Shown: positions 1 to 13,348 of the stretch, piece by piece
Numbering within the stretch: the first letter of the stretch is position 1
How the letters are laid out: every line of letters starts with the position of its first letter
Assembly (NCBI RefSeq): GCF_000027125.1
Contig: NC_017626.1
DNA length: 64,000 nucleotides
Strand: one strand, 5' to 3'
DNA from: Escherichia coli 042
GTDB taxonomy: Bacteria; Pseudomonadota; Gammaproteobacteria; Enterobacterales; Enterobacteriaceae
Made by a program: the position numbers and the translations under genes
Notes under the pieces: generated by a model
What the model was told of the DNA's origin: nothing
The model's input: only the letters and a program-made list of their open reading frames with translations
The model's database searches: none

Positions 1-263
1 TGGTGTTCGCCAGTAATAAAGATATTGCATTCATCTCAACAATTATTGGGCTAATTGATCATTTTATCGGCCCAATAACCATTGCTGGCATAGTTCTGCT
101 GATCATTGTGGCCAAATTTACTGGCAATCTTAAACTGGGGTCAGGAGAAAAAAGCAACAGGAAAACGGGGAATCGTAATGCTCATTCTCGCTCTTCGTCG
201 AGAAATTCTTTCCGCGGTGGTGGTGGTTCTTCAGGAGGCGGCGGTTCATCCGGACGCTGGTAA
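1..263 (+). CDS. 3' fragment of an ORF (5' end outside window) encoding a transmembrane helix followed by a Gly/Ser-rich tail ending GGGGSSGRW; resembles the C-terminus of the adjacent YgcG/TPM-domain protein
   Basis: Frame open from the window edge to TAA at 261-263; hydrophobic segment IAFISTIIGLIDHFIGPITIAGIVLLIIV then low-complexity tail nearly identical in protein to the ygcG C-terminus but diverged at DNA level. Confidence 0.4.
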   Translation, partial: VFASNKDIAFISTIIGLIDHFIGPITIAGIVLLIIVAKFTGNLKLGSGEKSNRKTGNRNAHSRSSSRNSFRGGGGSSGGGGSSGRW

Positions 264-268
264 TCATT

Positions 269-1162
269 ATGCGCTTAATCTTTTTTCTACTTACTTTATG
301 GTGCCTTCCTGGGCTTGCCCAGCAAATTGCTGTGCCGGAGCTGCGCCAACAGGTGACCGATATTACTGGTACGTTAAGCACGTCTGAACAACAATCACTG
401 ACACAACAGCTGCAGGATATCACACAAAAAACACGGGCCCAGGTCGCCGTATTAATAGTGCCATCCACCGGAGACGATACCATTGAACAATATGCAACAC
501 GCGTTTTTGATAGCTGGAAACTGGGAGATAAGCAGCGAAACGATGGTATTTTACTGCTGGTTGCCTGGGAAGATCATGCTGTCCGTATAGAAGTGGGCTA
601 CGGGCTGGAAGGGGTGGTTACCGATCTGCAAGCAGCGAAGATTATCCGTAATATATTAATCCCAGCCTTCAAAAGTGATGACTTGATGGGTGGGTTAACA
701 CTGGCAAGCGAAAATATCGGAGCGCTTCTGTTGAATGGTGAATTACCGGAAGACAGGGGGGATTATTACAGTATCAATCCCCCTATTCCATTATCGCTTG
801 CTGTAATTATATTGCTGGCGGTACTTTCATATTTTATTGTTTTTACCGATCCGTCGAATTTACCCTGGATAGCACTGACTGGCGGAATTTATGGGATGGT
901 ATTCCTCTATGTTGCCGAGCCAGGACCATGGACGAATTTAATCGTTGCCTGCGGTATGCTCACGCCTTTTGCTATCGTACCACTGGTTATTTTTTGGCTT
1001 ATCGTTAATAAAAAGCTACGCGCCAAATACAAAAAACTCAGTAAAGAAAGAGCTTCAAGAAAAGGTTCTTCTTCATCCTCTTCCGGTGGCGGCTCAAGTG
1101 GCGGCGGATTTAGCGGCGGGGGCGGTTCTTCTGGCGGTGGCGGCGCGTCCGGTCGCTGGTAA
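269..1162 (+). CDS. ygcG: TPM-domain membrane protein YgcG (N-terminal signal peptide, TM segments, Gly/Ser-rich C-terminal tail)
   Basis: 297-aa ORF, ATG at 269 immediately after upstream stop; position upstream of eno as in E. coli. Confidence 0.8.
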   Translation: MRLIFFLLTLWCLPGLAQQIAVPELRQQVTDITGTLSTSEQQSLTQQLQDITQKTRAQVAVLIVPSTGDDTIEQYATRVFDSWKLGDKQRNDGILLLVAWEDHAVRIEVGYGLEGVVTDLQAAKIIRNILIPAFKSDDLMGGLTLASENIGALLLNGELPEDRGDYYSINPPIPLSLAVIILLAVLSYFIVFTDPSNLPWIALTGGIYGMVFLYVAEPGPWTNLIVACGMLTPFAIVPLVIFWLIVNKKLRAKYKKLSKERASRKGSSSSSSGGGSSGGGFSGGGGSSGGGGASGRW

Positions 1163-1171
1163 CTCAACCAT

Positions 1172-1203
1172 AAAAAATGCCAGCCCGAAGGCTGGCATTT
1201 TTA
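1172..1203. terminator. Bidirectional rho-independent terminator between convergent ygcG and eno
   Basis: A-run, 9-bp stem aatgccagc/gctggcatt with 6-nt loop, T-run. Confidence 0.6.
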
Positions 1204-1221
1204 AATCAGATAAAGTCAGAC

Positions 1222-2535
<1,314 letters not shown>

Positions 2536-2564
2536 TCACTAGTTAAACTGAAACTCCAGACAAA

Positions 2565-2589
2565 CAACGCGTACCCAGGGTACGCGTTG
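2565..2589. other. Perfect palindrome (12-bp arms around a 1-nt centre) in the pyrG-eno spacer; probable RNA hairpin or processing site
   Basis: caacgcgtaccc-a-gggtacgcgttg read directly. Confidence 0.4.
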
Positions 2590-2607
2590 CCGTTCTAACT
2601 TTTTTAC

Positions 2608-4260
<1,653 letters not shown>

Positions 4261-4472
4261 TTAGGTTGAAAAGACGATGGAATAACCAGGACGGGAAAGC
4301 AGTATACCCGAACATGACCTGTGCCACAAACTTTCATTATCCCTCCTCTTCGCCAGCGCACTATTGAAATCAGGAGTGAGAAAATAGCCCCTTTGGGGTA
4401 AATGTTTTTGACGCAAATCAAGCGCTTGTCATTTAAAAAATGACACAAATCGCGCTTGACCACGTAATTCCC

Positions 4473-5264
4473 TTAGAGATCAATTTCCTGCCGTTTTACC
4501 TGTTGCCAGACTTCTTCCATTGTTTCGAGGTCAACACCTGTCATTTCCAGTCCACGCGCGGCAACAATACGCTCCACTTCGCGAAAACGGCGCTCGAATT
4601 TTTCATTGGCTTTTTGTAGTGCAATCTCTGCTTTTGTCCCTAAATGGCGTGCCATGTTGACCGTGGCAAACAGCAGGTCACCCATTTCCTCCTCCAGTTT
4701 AGCCTGGTCGATAACAGCCTGCCGCGCCTCGTACATCACCTCGTCGATCTCTTCGTAGACTTTATCGACTACCGGACCAAGCGTCGTCCAGTCGAAACCA
4801 ACGTTGGCGCAACGTTTCTGGATTTTTTGCGCACGCATTAAAGCCGGTAAACTACGAGGAATATCGTCCAGCGCTGAATGCTGCGCTTTCTGCGCGCGCT
4901 CTTCGGTTTTGATTTGCTCCCAACGGGTAAGCACTTCACTACTGTTTTCGGCAGAACTGTCAGCAAAAACATGCGGATGGCGACGCTCTAATTTATCGCT
5001 AATAGCAGCGCAAATATCATTAAAGTCAAAGCGCCCTTCTTCCTGAGCCATTTGCGCGTAAAACACCACCTGGAATAGCAGATCGCCCAGTTCACCGCGA
5101 AGATCGTCAAAATCTTCACGGGCGATGGCGTCCAGCACTTCGTAGGTTTCTTCAAGGGTGTAAGGCGCAATGGTGGCAAATGTCTGCTCTTTATCCCACG
5201 GGCAGCCGTTTTCCGGGTCGCGCAGGCGCTGCATAATAGTGAGCAAACGGTCGATTTGATTCAT
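4473..5264 (-). CDS. mazG: Nucleoside triphosphate pyrophosphohydrolase MazG
   Basis: 263-aa ORF with tandem MazG domains; synteny downstream of relA. Confidence 0.92.
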   Translation of the reverse strand: MNQIDRLLTIMQRLRDPENGCPWDKEQTFATIAPYTLEETYEVLDAIAREDFDDLRGELGDLLFQVVFYAQMAQEEGRFDFNDICAAISDKLERRHPHVFADSSAENSSEVLTRWEQIKTEERAQKAQHSALDDIPRSLPALMRAQKIQKRCANVGFDWTTLGPVVDKVYEEIDEVMYEARQAVIDQAKLEEEMGDLLFATVNMARHLGTKAEIALQKANEKFERRFREVERIVAARGLEMTGVDLETMEEVWQQVKRQEIDL

Positions 5265-5322
5265 TGAATTGTCCTGAAAATTGCGGGTCTGTCAGGTGTA
5301 ATACCTTCGAGTAAAAGATATC

Positions 5323-5350
5323 GCTGGATACGGCTGACGCCATATCCAGC
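5323..5350 (-). other. Hairpin (8-bp perfect stem gctggata/tatccagc, 12-nt loop) in the relA-mazG spacer; possible attenuator or terminator
   Basis: Inverted repeat read directly; on the minus-strand transcript it is followed by gatatcTTTTac. Confidence 0.35.
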
Positions 5351-5359
5351 TATATAAGA

Positions 5360-7594
5360 CTAACTCCCGTGCAACCGACGCGCGTCGATAACATCCGGCA
5401 CCTGGTTGAGTTTACCCAGCACGCGCCCCAGCACTTGCAGGTTGTAAATCTCAATGGTCATGTCGATGGTCGCCAGTTGCTGTTTGGTATCGCTACGGCT
5501 GGCAACGCCAAGCACGTTCACTTTCTCATTGGCGAGAATGGTCGTGATATCACGTAACAACCCACTACGATCATTAGCCACCACGCGGACCACCAGCGAA
5601 TATCCGGCGGAGTAGCTCTCACCCCATACCGCGTCAACAATGCGTTCTGGCGCATGGGAGCGCAGTTCCGCCAGTTGTTCGCAATCGGCGCGGTGTACTG
5701 AAATACCGCGTCCCTGGGTAATGAAGCCGACAATCTCATCTCCAGGAATCGGCTGGCAGCAGCGCGCGATGTGGTGCATCAGGTTACCGACACCTTCAAC
5801 CACCACACGACCGTTATCTTTACTGCGGTTTTGCGGCGTATAGCTTTTTTGCTGAAGTTGCTTCAGCGCGGCGGCATCCTGCTCTTCGGCACTCGGCTTA
5901 TTAAATTGCGATTGCAGGAAGTTCACCATCTGATTGAGACGGATATCCCCGCCACCAATTGCCGCCAGCAACTCGTCGACATCATTGAAGTTGTAACGCG
6001 GCAGCAGATGTTTTTCTGCTTCTTTCAGGCTGATCCCCAGATGTTCCAGCTCGTCGTCAAGGATTTGCCGCCCAGCCAGAATGTTTTTGTCACGGTCCTG
6101 TTTACGGAACCAAGCGTGAATTTTCGAACGCCCACGGCTGGTTGTGACGTAACCGAGGTTTGGGTTTAACCAGTCACGGCTGGGGTTCGGCTGTTTCTGG
6201 GTGATAATTTCAATCTGGTCGCCCATCTGCAGCTGGTAGGTGAACGGCACAATGCGCCCGCCTATTTTTGCCCCGATGCAGCGGTGTCCGACATCACTGT
6301 GGATGTGGTAAGCGAAGTCCAGCGGCGTTGATCCCGCAGGCAAATCAACAACATCACCTTTCGGCGTAAAGACATACACCCGGTCGTCAAAGACCTGGCT
6401 GCGTACTTCGTCGAGCATTTCGCCGGAATCAGCCATCTCTTCCTGCCACGCAATCAGTTTACGCAGCCAGGCAATCCGGTCTTCATGTCCCGAACGTGCG
6501 CCGCCAGCAGCCGCGCCCTCTTTATATTTCCAGTGCGCAGCAACACCCAACTCTGCATCTTCATGCATCTGTTTGGTGCGGATTTGGATCTCAACGGTTT
6601 TGCCACCCGGCCCCAGAACCACGGTATGAATAGACTGATAACCGTTTGGTTTCGGGTTAGCGACGTAATCGTCAAACTCATCCGGCAGGTGGCGATAGTG
6701 AGTGTGCACTATCCCCAGTGCGGCATAACAATCCTGTAAACGCTCGGCGACAATACGTACCGCACGCACATCAAACAGCTCATCGAAGGCGAGGTTCTTT
6801 TTCTGCATTTTGCGCCAGATGCTGTAGATGTGTTTCGGTCGACCATACACTTCAGCTTTAACGCCTTCAGCTTTCATCTCAGCGCGCAGATGGCCGACAA
6901 ACTCTTCGATATAGTGTTCGCGGTCGAGACGGCGTTCATGCAGCAGTTTTGCGATGCGTTTGTATTCGGTCGGGTGGAGATAACGGAAGCAGTAATCTTC
7001 CAGCTCCCATTTCAGTTGTCCAATCCCAAGACGGTTCGCCAACGGCGCGTAGATATTGGTGCACTCTTTTGCCGCCAGTACGCGTTCATCTTCCGGCGCG
7101 TCTTTTACTTCGCGCAGATGAGCAATACGCTCTGCCAGTTTGATGACCACGCAGCGGAAATCATCGACCATCGCCAATAACATCCGGCGAACGTTATCGA
7201 CCTGTTCGGAGGAAACAGAATCGGTATGCGTCGCTTTCAGCTGGCGGATCGCCGCCATATCACGCACGCCGTGAATAAGGTTAACGACCGACTTACCGAC
7301 GCTCTCACGCAGCACATCTTCGCTGACTACGTTGGCATCCGCCAGAGGGAACAGCAGCGCCGCCCGCAGCGTGTCAATGTCCATACTTAATGTCGAGAGG
7401 ATCTCCACCATCTCAACACCACGCCACAATAACAGACTGGCATCCGGATGCCCCTGCGTCTGTTGCAGACAATACGCCCAGGTTTCGGCTAAGCACTCAC
7501 ACGACTTCTGGCTGGTAATACCCAGACTTGCGATCCATTTTTCCGGATCAAATTCACCAGCCTTATTGATATGTGCACTTCTTACCGCAACCAT
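5360..7594 (-). CDS. relA: GTP pyrophosphokinase, (p)ppGpp synthetase I
   Basis: 744-aa ORF ending RRLHGS; recognised as E. coli RelA. Confidence 0.97.
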   Translation of the reverse strand: MVAVRSAHINKAGEFDPEKWIASLGITSQKSCECLAETWAYCLQQTQGHPDASLLLWRGVEMVEILSTLSMDIDTLRAALLFPLADANVVSEDVLRESVGKSVVNLIHGVRDMAAIRQLKATHTDSVSSEQVDNVRRMLLAMVDDFRCVVIKLAERIAHLREVKDAPEDERVLAAKECTNIYAPLANRLGIGQLKWELEDYCFRYLHPTEYKRIAKLLHERRLDREHYIEEFVGHLRAEMKAEGVKAEVYGRPKHIYSIWRKMQKKNLAFDELFDVRAVRIVAERLQDCYAALGIVHTHYRHLPDEFDDYVANPKPNGYQSIHTVVLGPGGKTVEIQIRTKQMHEDAELGVAAHWKYKEGAAAGGARSGHEDRIAWLRKLIAWQEEMADSGEMLDEVRSQVFDDRVYVFTPKGDVVDLPAGSTPLDFAYHIHSDVGHRCIGAKIGGRIVPFTYQLQMGDQIEIITQKQPNPSRDWLNPNLGYVTTSRGRSKIHAWFRKQDRDKNILAGRQILDDELEHLGISLKEAEKHLLPRYNFNDVDELLAAIGGGDIRLNQMVNFLQSQFNKPSAEEQDAAALKQLQQKSYTPQNRSKDNGRVVVEGVGNLMHHIARCCQPIPGDEIVGFITQGRGISVHRADCEQLAELRSHAPERIVDAVWGESYSAGYSLVVRVVANDRSGLLRDITTILANEKVNVLGVASRSDTKQQLATIDMTIEIYNLQVLGRVLGKLNQVPDVIDARRLHGS

Positions 7595-7641
7595 CGTCCT
7601 CTCCTTTAGGGACCAGACCTGCCGAAATCGGCAAATCGTAA

Positions 7642-8943
7642 CTATTTAACGCGCGAGAAAAGTACCATCGATTCCAGATGTCCCGTGTGTGGGAACATAT
7701 CCAGCATCGCCAGTCGCGCAATGGTATATCCTGCTTTTAATAACGCTTCGCTATCCCGAGCCAGCGTTGCAGGGTTACAGGATACATAAACTATACGAAT
7801 AGGTTCCAGTTTTATAATTTGCTGCATAACACCTGCGGCACCTGCTCGCGCGGGGTCCAGCAACACTTTATCGAAGCCGTTTTTCGCCCACGGCTGCTTT
7901 GTGACATCTTCTTCAAGATTTTCGTGATAAAACGTCACATTGTGTAAGTCATTAAGACGCGCATTCTGCTGGCCTTTTTCCACCAGCGCCGGAACACCTT
8001 CTACACCCACCACACTGGCAGCTTGTGTCGCCAATGGCAGTGTAAAATTGCCCATACCGCAGAACAGATCCAGTACGCGATCTTCAGGTTGTACATCCAG
8101 CCATTCCAACGCACGCGCTACCATTTTTTGGTTCACACCCGCATTGACCTGAATAAAATCGCGCGGGCTAAAAGTTAAGCGCAACCCGTTTGAGTCATAC
8201 CAGGGCATCTCACCAGAGACGGTTTCGAGTATCTCACTATCGGGGGCGAGATACAGATCCAGGCCTTCAGAATGCGAAAAGCGTTCCAGTTTTTCGCGAT
8301 CAGCCGAACTTAGCGGTGCGGTATGGCGCAAAATCATCAGCGTGCCGCTGGTTGCCTGTACCAGTTCAACATGACCAAGATGGCGCATAGCTTGTAAGCT
8401 GCCCAGGCATGCCCTGACTTTGGGCAGTAATGCTTCAAGTTGGGGCACTAAAATGGGGCATTGTTTAACGTCGACAATGTCACTGGAGCCCGCTTTGCGA
8501 AAGCCCATCTGAAGTTGCTGTGTTTTCGGTAAGTAGTTCAAACTTAAACGCGCGCGACGGCGATAGCCCCAGGGAACATCGGCGATCACTTCAGAGACTT
8601 CGTGTTTCATTAATCGGGCGAGTGCCGCACTTTTGCTTCGCTGCTGTAAATCCACGCTGGCGTGTTGTTGCTGACAGCCACCGCATACGCCAAAATGAGG
8701 GCAGAGTGGCGTTTCGCGTTCCGGGCTATCGCTTAACCGGCGCACGACTTTAGCGCGGGCGTACTGTTTTTTATCTTCAGTAACAGTAACTTCCGCGTTT
8801 TCCTGTGGCAGTAATCCAGGAATAAATAACGCTTTGCCGTTATGTCGTGCCACGCCCTGACCAAAAGAGTCGAGGTCGTTGACTGAAACAGTTATGATCT
8901 GACGCGTCGTCGTGCGTCGTTTTGCAGAGTAGAATTGCGCCAT
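7642..8943 (-). CDS. rlmD: 23S rRNA (uracil1939-C5)-methyltransferase
   Basis: 433-aa ORF with Cys cluster ([11 protein letters not shown]) and SAM-methyltransferase motifs; synteny between relA and barA. Confidence 0.9.
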   Translation of the reverse strand: MAQFYSAKRRTTTRQIITVSVNDLDSFGQGVARHNGKALFIPGLLPQENAEVTVTEDKKQYARAKVVRRLSDSPERETPLCPHFGVCGGCQQQHASVDLQQRSKSAALARLMKHEVSEVIADVPWGYRRRARLSLNYLPKTQQLQMGFRKAGSSDIVDVKQCPILVPQLEALLPKVRACLGSLQAMRHLGHVELVQATSGTLMILRHTAPLSSADREKLERFSHSEGLDLYLAPDSEILETVSGEMPWYDSNGLRLTFSPRDFIQVNAGVNQKMVARALEWLDVQPEDRVLDLFCGMGNFTLPLATQAASVVGVEGVPALVEKGQQNARLNDLHNVTFYHENLEEDVTKQPWAKNGFDKVLLDPARAGAAGVMQQIIKLEPIRIVYVSCNPATLARDSEALLKAGYTIARLAMLDMFPHTGHLESMVLFSRVK

Positions 8944-8999
8944 TGGCGAGACTTTCTCAATTTAACAGTGTGACCTTAATTGTCCCATAACGGAACTCC

Positions 9000-11756
9000 A
9001 TGACCAACTACAGCCTGCGCGCACGCATGATGATTCTGATCCTGGCACCGACCGTCCTTATTGGTTTATTGCTGAGTATCTTTTTCGTTGTGCATCGCTA
9101 TAACGACTTGCAGCGTCAACTGGAAGATGCCGGAGCCAGCATTATTGAGCCGCTTGCAGTTTCTACTGAATATGGCATGAGCCTGCAAAATCGCGAATCT
9201 ATCGGTCAGTTAATAAGCGTACTGCATCGTCGCCATTCCGATATTGTTCGCGCGATTTCGGTTTATGATGAAAATAACCGACTCTTTGTCACCTCCAATT
9301 TTCATCTTGATCCCTCATCAATGCAGCTCGGCAGCAACGTGCCGTTTCCTCGCCAGCTCACTGTCACTCGTGACGGCGATATTATGATCCTCCGCACGCC
9401 GATTATTTCTGAGAGTTACTCCCCCGACGAATCGCCCAGTAGCGATGCCAAAAATAGTCAAAATATGTTGGGATATATTGCGCTTGAGCTGGATCTTAAA
9501 TCGGTTCGCTTGCAGCAATATAAAGAGATCTTTATTTCCAGCGTGATGATGCTGTTTTGTATCGGTATTGCGCTTATTTTTGGCTGGCGCTTAATGCGCG
9601 ATGTAACCGGTCCGATTCGCAATATGGTGAATACCGTCGACCGCATCCGTCGCGGGCAACTCGACAGCCGTGTGGAAGGATTTATGCTCGGCGAGCTGGA
9701 TATGCTGAAAAACGGTATCAACTCGATGGCAATGTCGCTGGCTGCTTATCACGAAGAGATGCAGCACAATATCGATCAGGCGACGTCCGATCTGCGTGAA
9801 ACGCTGGAGCAGATGGAAATTCAGAACGTTGAGTTGGATCTGGCGAAAAAGCGTGCCCAGGAAGCGGCGCGTATTAAATCCGAGTTTCTGGCAAATATGT
9901 CACACGAGCTGCGTACACCACTGAATGGTGTTATTGGCTTTACCCGCCTGACGCTGAAAACAGAATTAACACCAACGCAGCGCGATCACCTGAATACGAT
10001 TGAACGTTCGGCAAATAATTTGCTGGCAATTATTAATGATGTTCTCGACTTCTCGAAACTGGAAGCAGGTAAGCTGATTCTGGAAAGTATTCCATTCCCA
10101 CTACGCAGCACGCTGGATGAAGTCGTTACCCTGCTGGCACATTCTTCTCACGATAAAGGGCTGGAACTGACGCTCAATATTAAAAGCGACGTGCCCGATA
10201 ACGTAATTGGCGACCCACTACGATTACAGCAAATCATCACTAACCTGGTGGGGAATGCAATTAAATTCACCGAGAATGGCAACATTGATATTCTGGTAGA
10301 AAAACGTGCGCTGAGTAATACCAAAGTTCAGATTGAAGTGCAGATTCGGGATACCGGCATTGGTATTCCTGAACGCGATCAATCGCGCTTATTCCAGGCC
10401 TTCCGACAGGCTGATGCCAGTATTTCCCGCCGTCATGGTGGCACCGGGCTGGGGCTGGTGATTACACAAAAACTGGTTAATGAAATGGGCGGCGATATTT
10501 CGTTCCATAGCCAGCCGAATCGCGGTTCAACTTTCTGGTTCCACATTAATCTCGATCTGAATCCGAACATTATTATCGAAGGGCCATCCACCCAATGCCT
10601 CGCCGGCAAGCGCCTGGCCTATGTCGAACCAAACTCCGCAGCAGCGCAATGTACGCTGGATATTTTAAGTGAAACGCCGCTGGAAGTGGTTTATAGCCCA
10701 ACGTTCTCCGCGCTGCCTCCCGCGCATTACGACATGATGTTATTAGGCATTGCGGTGACCTTCCGCGAGCCGCTAACAATGCAACATGAGCGATTAGCGA
10801 AAGCGGTATCGATGACCGATTTTCTGATGCTGGCACTTCCTTGCCATGCACAAGTCAATGCTGAAAAACTTAAGCAAGATGGTATCGGCGCGTGTCTGCT
10901 GAAACCATTAACACCTACGCGCCTGTTACCTGCCCTGACGGAATTTTGTCATCACAAACAAAACACGCTTTTGCCTGTAACCGATGAAAGTAAGCTGGCA
11001 ATGACAGTCATGGCGGTTGATGACAACCCCGCTAACCTGAAACTTATCGGCGCATTGCTGGAAGATATGGTGCAACATGTGGAACTTTGCGATAGCGGGC
11101 ATCAGGCGGTTGAACGGGCGAAACAGATGCCGTTCGATTTGATCTTAATGGATATTCAAATGCCGGACATGGACGGCATTCGGGCCTGCGAACTCATCCA
11201 CCAGCTCCCCCATCAGCAACAAACGCCAGTTATCGCGGTAACGGCGCATGCAATGGCCGGGCAAAAAGAGAAGCTGCTTGGCGCAGGGATGAGCGATTAT
11301 CTGGCGAAACCGATTGAAGAAGAGCGATTGCATAATTTGCTGTTGCGCTACAAGCCTGGCAGCGGCATTTCCTCTCGCGTCGTGACGCCTGAAGTCAACG
11401 AAATTGTGGCGAACCCGAATGCAACCCTCGACTGGCAACTGGCACTACGCCAGGCAGCAGGAAAAACCGATTTAGCGCGCGATATGCTGCAAATGTTACT
11501 CGATTTCCTGCCTGAAGTTCGCAACAAAGTTGAGGAACAGCTGGTTGGAGAAAACCCGGAAGGCCTGGTTGATTTGATTCATAAACTGCATGGCAGTTGC
11601 GGCTATAGCGGTGTGCCGCGTATGAAGAATCTCTGCCAACTGATCGAACAACAGCTACGTAGCGGTACTAAAGAAGAAGATTTGGAGCCGGAGCTGCTGG
11701 AACTGTTAGACGAGATGGATAATGTAGCGCGCGAAGCCAGCAAAATTCTAGGGTAA
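9000..11756 (+). CDS. barA: Hybrid sensor histidine kinase BarA (TM, HAMP, HisKA, HATPase, receiver, HPt)
   Basis: 918-aa ORF; H-box SHELRTPLN, receiver domain, C-terminal HPt region. Confidence 0.95.
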   Translation: MTNYSLRARMMILILAPTVLIGLLLSIFFVVHRYNDLQRQLEDAGASIIEPLAVSTEYGMSLQNRESIGQLISVLHRRHSDIVRAISVYDENNRLFVTSNFHLDPSSMQLGSNVPFPRQLTVTRDGDIMILRTPIISESYSPDESPSSDAKNSQNMLGYIALELDLKSVRLQQYKEIFISSVMMLFCIGIALIFGWRLMRDVTGPIRNMVNTVDRIRRGQLDSRVEGFMLGELDMLKNGINSMAMSLAAYHEEMQHNIDQATSDLRETLEQMEIQNVELDLAKKRAQEAARIKSEFLANMSHELRTPLNGVIGFTRLTLKTELTPTQRDHLNTIERSANNLLAIINDVLDFSKLEAGKLILESIPFPLRSTLDEVVTLLAHSSHDKGLELTLNIKSDVPDNVIGDPLRLQQIITNLVGNAIKFTENGNIDILVEKRALSNTKVQIEVQIRDTGIGIPERDQSRLFQAFRQADASISRRHGGTGLGLVITQKLVNEMGGDISFHSQPNRGSTFWFHINLDLNPNIIIEGPSTQCLAGKRLAYVEPNSAAAQCTLDILSETPLEVVYSPTFSALPPAHYDMMLLGIAVTFREPLTMQHERLAKAVSMTDFLMLALPCHAQVNAEKLKQDGIGACLLKPLTPTRLLPALTEFCHHKQNTLLPVTDESKLAMTVMAVDDNPANLKLIGALLEDMVQHVELCDSGHQAVERAKQMPFDLILMDIQMPDMDGIRACELIHQLPHQQQTPVIAVTAHAMAGQKEKLLGAGMSDYLAKPIEEERLHNLLLRYKPGSGISSRVVTPEVNEIVANPNATLDWQLALRQAAGKTDLARDMLQMLLDFLPEVRNKVEEQLVGENPEGLVDLIHKLHGSCGYSGVPRMKNLCQLIEQQLRSGTKEEDLEPELLELLDEMDNVAREASKILG

Positions 11757-11767
11757 TGGACCGTCTT

Positions 11768-11790
11768 GCCGAGTAGCAATCGGCTTTTTA
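11768..11790 (+). terminator. Rho-independent terminator downstream of barA
   Basis: Stem gccga/tcggc with 7-nt loop followed by TTTTT, 12 bp after the barA stop. Confidence 0.55.
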
Positions 11791-11831
11791 TGAAGCTGGT
11801 TTCAGACTGGTGACAAAGTGCCTGTGTTTAT

Positions 11832-11866
11832 GCCGGATGCGGCGATAACGCCTTATCCGGCCTACA
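11832..11866. repeat. REP (repetitive extragenic palindromic) element
   Basis: gccggatgcggcg...cgccttatccggcctaca, the characteristic REP palindrome. Confidence 0.6.
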
Positions 11867-11987
11867 AAACCAATTAAATTCAATGAATTAAAAAGTATGT
11901 TGGCCTGATACGTAGCGCAACAGGCAATTTTGCGTTTGGCATCAGACTCAACCCGGCTCCTGACAGAGCCGGTTTTGGTTTTCTGTC

Positions 11988-13328
11988 TTAACGTACCATG
12001 CACGGACGCTTGTTATCGAACGTCCAGCCAGGAATCAGATACTGCATTCCCATTGCATCGTCACGCGCGCCAAGCCCGTGCTTCTGATACAGCTCGTGGG
12101 CTTTCATCACCTGATCCATATCGATTTCTACGCCCAATCCTGGTTTTTGCGGCACCTGTACCAGCCCGCCTTTGATCTCAAACGGTTCTTTGGTCAGACG
12201 CTGATTGCCTTCCTGCCAGATCCAGTGTGTATCAATCGCGGTGATTTTACCCGGTGCAGCAGCGGCTACATGGGTAAACATCGCCAGGGAGATATCGAAA
12301 TGATTGTTAGAGTGTGAACCCCAGGTCAGGCCAAATTCATGGCACATTTGCGCCACACGTACCGAACCTTGCATCGTCCAGAAATGCGGATCCGCCAGCG
12401 GGATATCAACGGATTGTAACGAGAGCGTATGGCCCATCTGCCGCCAGTCGGTGGCGATCATATTGGTTGCGGTTGGCAGGCCAGTCGCGCGACGGAACTC
12501 TGCCATCACTTCACGCCCGGAGAAACCTTGCTCCGCACCACACGGATCTTCTGCATAAGCCAGCGAACCTTTCAGGTATTTACCGATTTTAATCGCTTCG
12601 TTCAGCGACCAGGCACCGTTAGGATCGAGGGTAATACGCGCCTGTGGGAAGCGTTGCGCCAGTGCCACAATAGATTCGGCTTCTTCTTCCCCGGCCAGTA
12701 CACCGCCCTTCAGTTTGAAATCGTTGAAGCCATATTTTTCATATGCCGCTTCCGCCAGGCGCACCACCGCATCCGGCGTCATCGCTTCTTCGTGACGCAG
12801 GCGATACCAGTCACATTTATCATCCGGCTGGCTTTGATACGGCAGCGGTGTGGCTTTGCGATTACCGACGAAGAACAGATAACCGAGCATTTCGACTTCG
12901 CTACGCTGTTGACCATCGCCCAGCAGCGATGCCACGTTAACCCCCAGATGCTGCCCCAGCAGATCCAGCATTGCCGCTTCTATACCGGTAACCACATGAA
13001 TAGTGGTCCGCAAATCAAATGTCTGCAAACCGCGCCCGCCGGCATCACGATCGGCAAATGTATTACGCACCAGCGTCAGAACGTTTTTGTATTCACCCAG
13101 CGTTTTACCCACCACTAGCGGAATCGCATCTTCCAGCGTTTTACGGATTTTCTCGCCGCCGGGAATTTCCCCTACGCCGGTGTGACCAGAATTATCTTTG
13201 ATAATCACAATATTACGCGTGAAGAACGGTGCGTGTGCACCACTCAGATTCATCAGCATACTGTCATGGCCCGCCACCGGGATGACCTGCATTTCAGTAA
13301 CAACAGGCGTCGTAAATTGAGAACTCAT
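11988..13328 (-). CDS. gudD: Glucarate dehydratase
   Basis: 446 aa from ATG at 13328 ([22 protein letters not shown]); enolase-superfamily fold; ORF-track start is an upstream TTG. Confidence 0.9.
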   Translation of the reverse strand: MSSQFTTPVVTEMQVIPVAGHDSMLMNLSGAHAPFFTRNIVIIKDNSGHTGVGEIPGGEKIRKTLEDAIPLVVGKTLGEYKNVLTLVRNTFADRDAGGRGLQTFDLRTTIHVVTGIEAAMLDLLGQHLGVNVASLLGDGQQRSEVEMLGYLFFVGNRKATPLPYQSQPDDKCDWYRLRHEEAMTPDAVVRLAEAAYEKYGFNDFKLKGGVLAGEEEAESIVALAQRFPQARITLDPNGAWSLNEAIKIGKYLKGSLAYAEDPCGAEQGFSGREVMAEFRRATGLPTATNMIATDWRQMGHTLSLQSVDIPLADPHFWTMQGSVRVAQMCHEFGLTWGSHSNNHFDISLAMFTHVAAAAPGKITAIDTHWIWQEGNQRLTKEPFEIKGGLVQVPQKPGLGVEIDMDQVMKAHELYQKHGLGARDDAMGMQYLIPGWTFDNKRPCMVR

Positions 13329-13348
13329 ATTTATGTCCTTTTTCAAAA

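Noticed and set aside
11953-11982. Hairpin plus T-run just beyond the gudD stop, considered as the gudD terminator
   Set aside because: The T-run is on the plus strand, so it would terminate plus-strand transcription rather than gudD; on the minus strand there is no U-tract. Left uncalled as ambiguous.
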